A DNA stretch of 64,000 nucleotides, from NCBI GenBank assembly GCA_017541885.1, contig JAFXYF010000014.1, positions 1,930 to 65,929 of the forward strand, written 5' to 3'. Origin of the DNA: Bacilli bacterium. GTDB lineage: Bacteria; Bacillota_I; Bacilli_A; RF39; UBA660. Positions 60,351 to 64,000 of this stretch are shown in pieces (position 1 is the first letter of the stretch; each line of letters begins with the position of its first letter). The notes beneath the pieces were generated by a model. The model had not been told where the DNA came from. It searched no databases and saw only the letters and a program-made list of their open reading frames with translations. The position numbers and the translations under genes were made by a program.

Positions 60351-61484
60351 ATGATAAAGAAATTAAAATATCTTGATAAACCTTTATTAATAATAACTTT
60401 AATTCTTTTCATAATCGGTTTGGTTATGGTTTTTTCTGCGTCTAATGTAACCGCATATATGACCAAAGCAGTAAGCCCTTATAATTATTTCTTTAGACAA
60501 GCTATCTTCTTAGGAGCAGGTGTATTACTCTTCTTTGTAATGATAACTTTTAATACAAATGTCTATGGTAAAACATCCCATTTATTGATGATTATTAATA
60601 TAGTAGCTTTAGTTACATTACTAGTTTATGGTAGTGCTAAAAATGATGCCATAAGCTGGTTTGAACTAGGACCAATTACAATTCAACCATCTGAGTTTAT
60701 AAAAGTAATATCAATAGTATTTTTAGCACAATATTATGAAGTAAACAAAAATAAATTAAATGGTTGGTTAAAATGTTTATATCCAATAGGTATCTGTATT
60801 GGTATTGCGGCATTAATTGTAATTCAACCAGACTTAGGTACTGCCATAATATATTCATGTATTGTAGGACTTATATTCTTAGCTGTTCCAATGTCAAAAG
60901 AAATAAAATATAAAGTAGTATTTATTGCTTTAGCAATTTTCATATTAGGATTATTTGCTATATTTGGAATGGGTAAAAGTGTTTTAAGAGACCGTCAAAT
61001 GGAAAGATTTAATATAGCTAATCCTTGTGATAGAATCTTAGAAGATGGTAATCAAGTATGTAACTGTTATATTGCCATGAATAATGGTGGATTAACAGGA
61101 GTAGGTTTAGGAAATTCTACTCAAAAATATTTATATCTTCCAGAACCATACACAGACTTTATTTTCGCAATTATTGTAGAAGAGTTAGGTGTAGTAACAG
61201 GAGTAATAATATTATTAATGTATTTTTATATTCTATATAGAATATTAGTAATAGGAAGAAGATCTCCAACTAATAAAGGAGCAATTCTTTGTTATGGAGT
61301 AGCAGCTTATATCTTCTTACATATAGCAGTAAACTTATTAGGTATTATGGGATTAATCCCAATGACAGGTGTACCTCTACCATTTATGAGTTATGGAGGA
61401 AGTTTCACAATCTGTCTTGTTGCTGCTCTTACAATAGTACAAAGAGTAAGTATTGAAAATGGTCTTTTAAAAGAAAAGAGTTGA
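60351..61484 (+). CDS. SEDS-family peptidoglycan glycosyltransferase (FtsW/RodA/SpoVE)
   Basis: 10-TM protein with family motifs (QPSEFIKV, PDLGT, LPEPYTDFIF, GLIPMTGVPLPFMSYGGS). Confidence 0.9.
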   Translation: MIKKLKYLDKPLLIITLILFIIGLVMVFSASNVTAYMTKAVSPYNYFFRQAIFLGAGVLLFFVMITFNTNVYGKTSHLLMIINIVALVTLLVYGSAKNDAISWFELGPITIQPSEFIKVISIVFLAQYYEVNKNKLNGWLKCLYPIGICIGIAALIVIQPDLGTAIIYSCIVGLIFLAVPMSKEIKYKVVFIALAIFILGLFAIFGMGKSVLRDRQMERFNIANPCDRILEDGNQVCNCYIAMNNGGLTGVGLGNSTQKYLYLPEPYTDFIFAIIVEELGVVTGVIILLMYFYILYRILVIGRRSPTNKGAILCYGVAAYIFLHIAVNLLGIMGLIPMTGVPLPFMSYGGSFTICLVAALTIVQRVSIENGLLKEKS

Positions 61485-61488
61485 TAAT

Positions 61489-62076
61489 ATGCCAAATGTA
61501 AAAATCCATGAAAGAGTAGGAAATTATATTGGTAAAAAAATAGGCAAGAATTCATATGATTATTATTTAGGTTTACTTGCTCCAGACTCTCCTAATGTAG
61601 ATGGCTTTGCTCCTAAAGAAGAAAGATGGATGGCTCATCAAAGAAGAAAAGATTATGATGAGTGGAGAGAAGAAATAACTAAGTTTTATGATATGGAAAA
61701 AAAGTATTATCCAGAAGATTTTCTTTTAGGTTATTACATTCATGTAATTACTGATATAGTATATGATGATTTCTTTTACATACCTATTAGAGATGAAATA
61801 GTAAAAGAAATACCTTTAGAAAAATCTCATGAAGCAATGAGAAAAGATATGGATAATTATTATGATACTGATTTAGATACTATAAAAGAAATACTAAAGA
61901 GTAATAATGAGTCTTATGACATTTTAAATATTTCTAAAAAAGAATTATTAAGATGGAAAGATAAAGAGATTAATTCTTGGAAAAACACAGATAAATGTAA
62001 GTACTTAACAGAAGAAATATTAAAAGAATTAGATGAAAAAGTTTATGATGAAATAAGTAAAAAATTAGAACGATGA
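61489..62076 (+). CDS. Hypothetical protein, possibly of the zinc-dependent phospholipase C-like fold
   Basis: His- and Asp-containing N-terminal pattern (HERVGNYI...LGLLAPDSPN...HQRR...HVITD). The assignment is weak. Confidence 0.3.
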   Translation: MPNVKIHERVGNYIGKKIGKNSYDYYLGLLAPDSPNVDGFAPKEERWMAHQRRKDYDEWREEITKFYDMEKKYYPEDFLLGYYIHVITDIVYDDFFYIPIRDEIVKEIPLEKSHEAMRKDMDNYYDTDLDTIKEILKSNNESYDILNISKKELLRWKDKEINSWKNTDKCKYLTEEILKELDEKVYDEISKKLER

Positions 62077-62095
62077 GTTCTAATTTCTTTGTTTG
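62065..62095 (+). terminator. Intrinsic terminator
   Basis: Stem TTAGAAC/GTTCTAA followed by a T-rich run. Confidence 0.6.
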
Positions 62096-62153
62096 TTGAA
62101 AAAAATAATAAGATATGTTAATATAAATCGCAAAAGAAAAAAGGTGATACCTT

Positions 62154-63236
62154 ATGTTAGATGATATAAGAGAATTAAAAACAGCCTTAGAAGAACAGAT
62201 AGATTACTGTGATAATGTATTTATAGTAGGACATAATGGACCTGATTTTGATTCAATAGGTTCTGCAATAGGATTAGCTTCTTTTGTAGATTCATTAGGA
62301 AAAGATGCTTTTATAATTGTAGATGATAATGAATTAAAAATAGAGCCCGGAGTAAAAAAAGTAATTGATCAAGCAAAAGGAAAATTTAATATTATTCACA
62401 GAGATACATTCTTAAATTTAGTAAGTGATAAATCATTATTAATTGTAACTGATGTTAATAAACAACCTATGATTTCAGTTAAAGATGATTTAGATAAGTT
62501 TTGGAATATTATTGTAATAGATCATCATCAAGAAGATGAAACATCAATTCCTGTAGAAGATAGATATATTTCATTAGATGCATCAAGTGCAAGTGAAATA
62601 GTTTCAAGAGTACTTTTATATTCTAGAAAACCAATTGATCAAGATGTAGCTAATTACTTACTCGCAGGAATTAGTTTAGATACTAAAAGATTTAAAATTA
62701 ATACTACAGATAAAACTCATGAAATTGCAGAAAAACTAATAAAGCATGGTGCAGATACTGATTATGTTAATAATCTTTTCTTAGAAGAGTTTGAAAGTTT
62801 CTGCCGTATTAGTAATTTAATTATTAATGGTACAATTATTAAAAAGTACAGTGACTCTTTACTTGCACCAATACAAGTATCATTTACTATTAATAGAAAT
62901 ATGCCAGATCAAATATATTTAAAAGAAGATTTAGCAAAAGCAGCAGATCGTATGATGAAATTTAATGGAATTGATGCATCATTTGCTTTAGGATTTGTCG
63001 AGCCTGGAGTAGTTCATGTATCTGCCAGAAGTAATAAAAAAGTAGATGTTGGAAATATTATGGAAGCAATCGGTGGAGGAGGTAATCCTCAAGCTGCAGG
63101 TGGAAGAATAGAAATAGATGATATCTTTAAAGTTGAAGAAGAGTTAATGCAAAAAATAGTTTGTGGTCTATCAGATGAAGAAAATATATTTGATGAACCA
63201 AAGATAATAAAATTAAAACAAGTAAAAAAAATATAA
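62154..63236 (+). CDS. DHH/DHHA1-family phosphoesterase (GdpP catalytic-domain-like or NrnA-like)
   Basis: Motifs GHNGPDFDSIGS, VTDVN, IDHH, SLDT, GGGGNPQAAGG. Confidence 0.8.
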   Translation: MLDDIRELKTALEEQIDYCDNVFIVGHNGPDFDSIGSAIGLASFVDSLGKDAFIIVDDNELKIEPGVKKVIDQAKGKFNIIHRDTFLNLVSDKSLLIVTDVNKQPMISVKDDLDKFWNIIVIDHHQEDETSIPVEDRYISLDASSASEIVSRVLLYSRKPIDQDVANYLLAGISLDTKRFKINTTDKTHEIAEKLIKHGADTDYVNNLFLEEFESFCRISNLIINGTIIKKYSDSLLAPIQVSFTINRNMPDQIYLKEDLAKAADRMMKFNGIDASFALGFVEPGVVHVSARSNKKVDVGNIMEAIGGGGNPQAAGGRIEIDDIFKVEEELMQKIVCGLSDEENIFDEPKIIKLKQVKKI

Positions 63237-63237
63237 T

Positions 63238-63266
63238 AAAAGAGGCGAAAAGTCTCTTTTTTTTTG
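63238..63266 (+). terminator. Intrinsic terminator
   Basis: Hairpin AGAGGC...GTCTCT followed by T9. Confidence 0.65.
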
Positions 63267-63959
63267 AATAATAAATTAGGAGGTGGTTTTATAACATTCA
63301 AATATCGATATCGAAAAGAGATAATTATTTCATTAATAATTGTTTTATTATTAGGTGTATCTGTCTTTAGTTATTTCTATTTTAAGGAAGATGAAGAAGA
63401 TATTGTAATTACTGAAAAGAAAGAGACAAAGAAAAAGCTAAAAGAAGAAGTAAAAGAAAAAGTATCAGTTGATATAAAAGGGGAAGTAATAAGTCCTGGA
63501 ACATACACAGTAGATATTAGTTTTAGAGTAATAGACGTAATAGATAAAGCAGGGGGTCTAACAGAAAATGCTGATACATCAGTAATTAATTTAAGTAAAA
63601 AAGTAATAGATGAAATGGTAATAATTATCTATAGTAAAGAACAAGTAAAAAACTTTGAAGAAACAAAAAAACAAGAAGAGTACTTACAAAATAAATGTAT
63701 ATCTCCTGATGATAATTCTCTAAGAAATGATGCTTGCATTTCTAACTCACAAACTAATGTAGTATCTGGAAAAGTAAATATTAATACTGCATCTATTTCT
63801 GAATTAATGACTCTTAATGGAATAGGTGAAAGTAGGGCAAAAGATATTATTTCTTATCGTGAAAAAAACGGTCCATTTAAAACTATTGAAGACATTAAAA
63901 ATGTATCAGGTATAGGAGAATCAACATATGCTAACATTAAGGAAAATATTACTGTGTAA
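63264..63959 (+). CDS. comEA: Competence protein ComEA (SLBB plus helix-hairpin-helix DNA receptor); start uncertain
   Basis: N-terminal TM, SLBB-like (VSVDIKGEVISPGTY) and tandem HhH (INTASISELMTLNGIGESRAKDII...VSGIGESTYANI). The TTG at 63264 lies inside the upstream terminator T-run. A strong AGGAGGTGG is followed at 5-nt spacing by an in-frame ATA at 63291. Confidence 0.85.
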   Translation: MNNKLGGGFITFKYRYRKEIIISLIIVLLLGVSVFSYFYFKEDEEDIVITEKKETKKKLKEEVKEKVSVDIKGEVISPGTYTVDISFRVIDVIDKAGGLTENADTSVINLSKKVIDEMVIIIYSKEQVKNFEETKKQEEYLQNKCISPDDNSLRNDACISNSQTNVVSGKVNINTASISELMTLNGIGESRAKDIISYREKNGPFKTIEDIKNVSGIGESTYANIKENITV

Positions 63960-64000
63960 TTATTTGTTTTATGGATTATTTATTATTGTTTTATTACTCA

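Overview
Visibly AT-rich Bacillota (Firmicute) chromosomal window, coded almost entirely on the + strand. The taxon call rests on a PolC-type polymerase, T-box and preQ1-like leaders, and sporulation-associated genes.

Backbone. The housekeeping gene order mirrors Bacillus subtilis:
- T-box leader, HD-domain gene, valS; a long Rel/SpoT homolog
- radC-mreC-mreD, then spoIVFA/spoIVFB-like genes; tRNA-Ala
- rpsU, yqeY-like, yqfC, yqfD, vanZ-like, ybeY, dgkA, cdd, era, yqzL-like, recO
- rluB; polC; truB; rimP-nusA-ylxR-infB-(orphan)-rbfA
- rpsO-(orphan)-pnp, ylxY-like deacetylase; smc; def; a SEDS protein; a DHH phosphoesterase; comEA

Accessory islets wedged into this backbone:
1. A compact C39-ABC exporter locus directly 3' of tRNA-Ala. 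It is followed by two overlapping double-glycine-leader peptide genes and a tiny hydrophobic ORF, which the ORF track misses or mis-starts. A nested-stem structured RNA with its own terminator lies upstream.
2. A minus-strand module (CPBP protease, membrane-tethered papain-like peptidase, lipoprotein) inserted between rbfA and rpsO.
3. Two tandem paralogous BspA/DUF285-type repeat surface proteins.
4. A surface protein with an internal sortase-type sorting signal fused to a second signal-peptide-like segment.

Other oddities:
- a single in-frame TAG in truB
- genes whose conserved N-termini lack a canonical start codon but have ATA/ATT at Shine-Dalgarno distance
- a Rel homolog with a degenerate synthetase catalytic loop and no C-terminal regulatory domains
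- a Cys-less membrane-tethered PTS-EIIB-like domain

No CRISPR array, rRNA, transposase or integrase was seen. All functional calls come from motif recognition by eye and from synteny; no database search was run.
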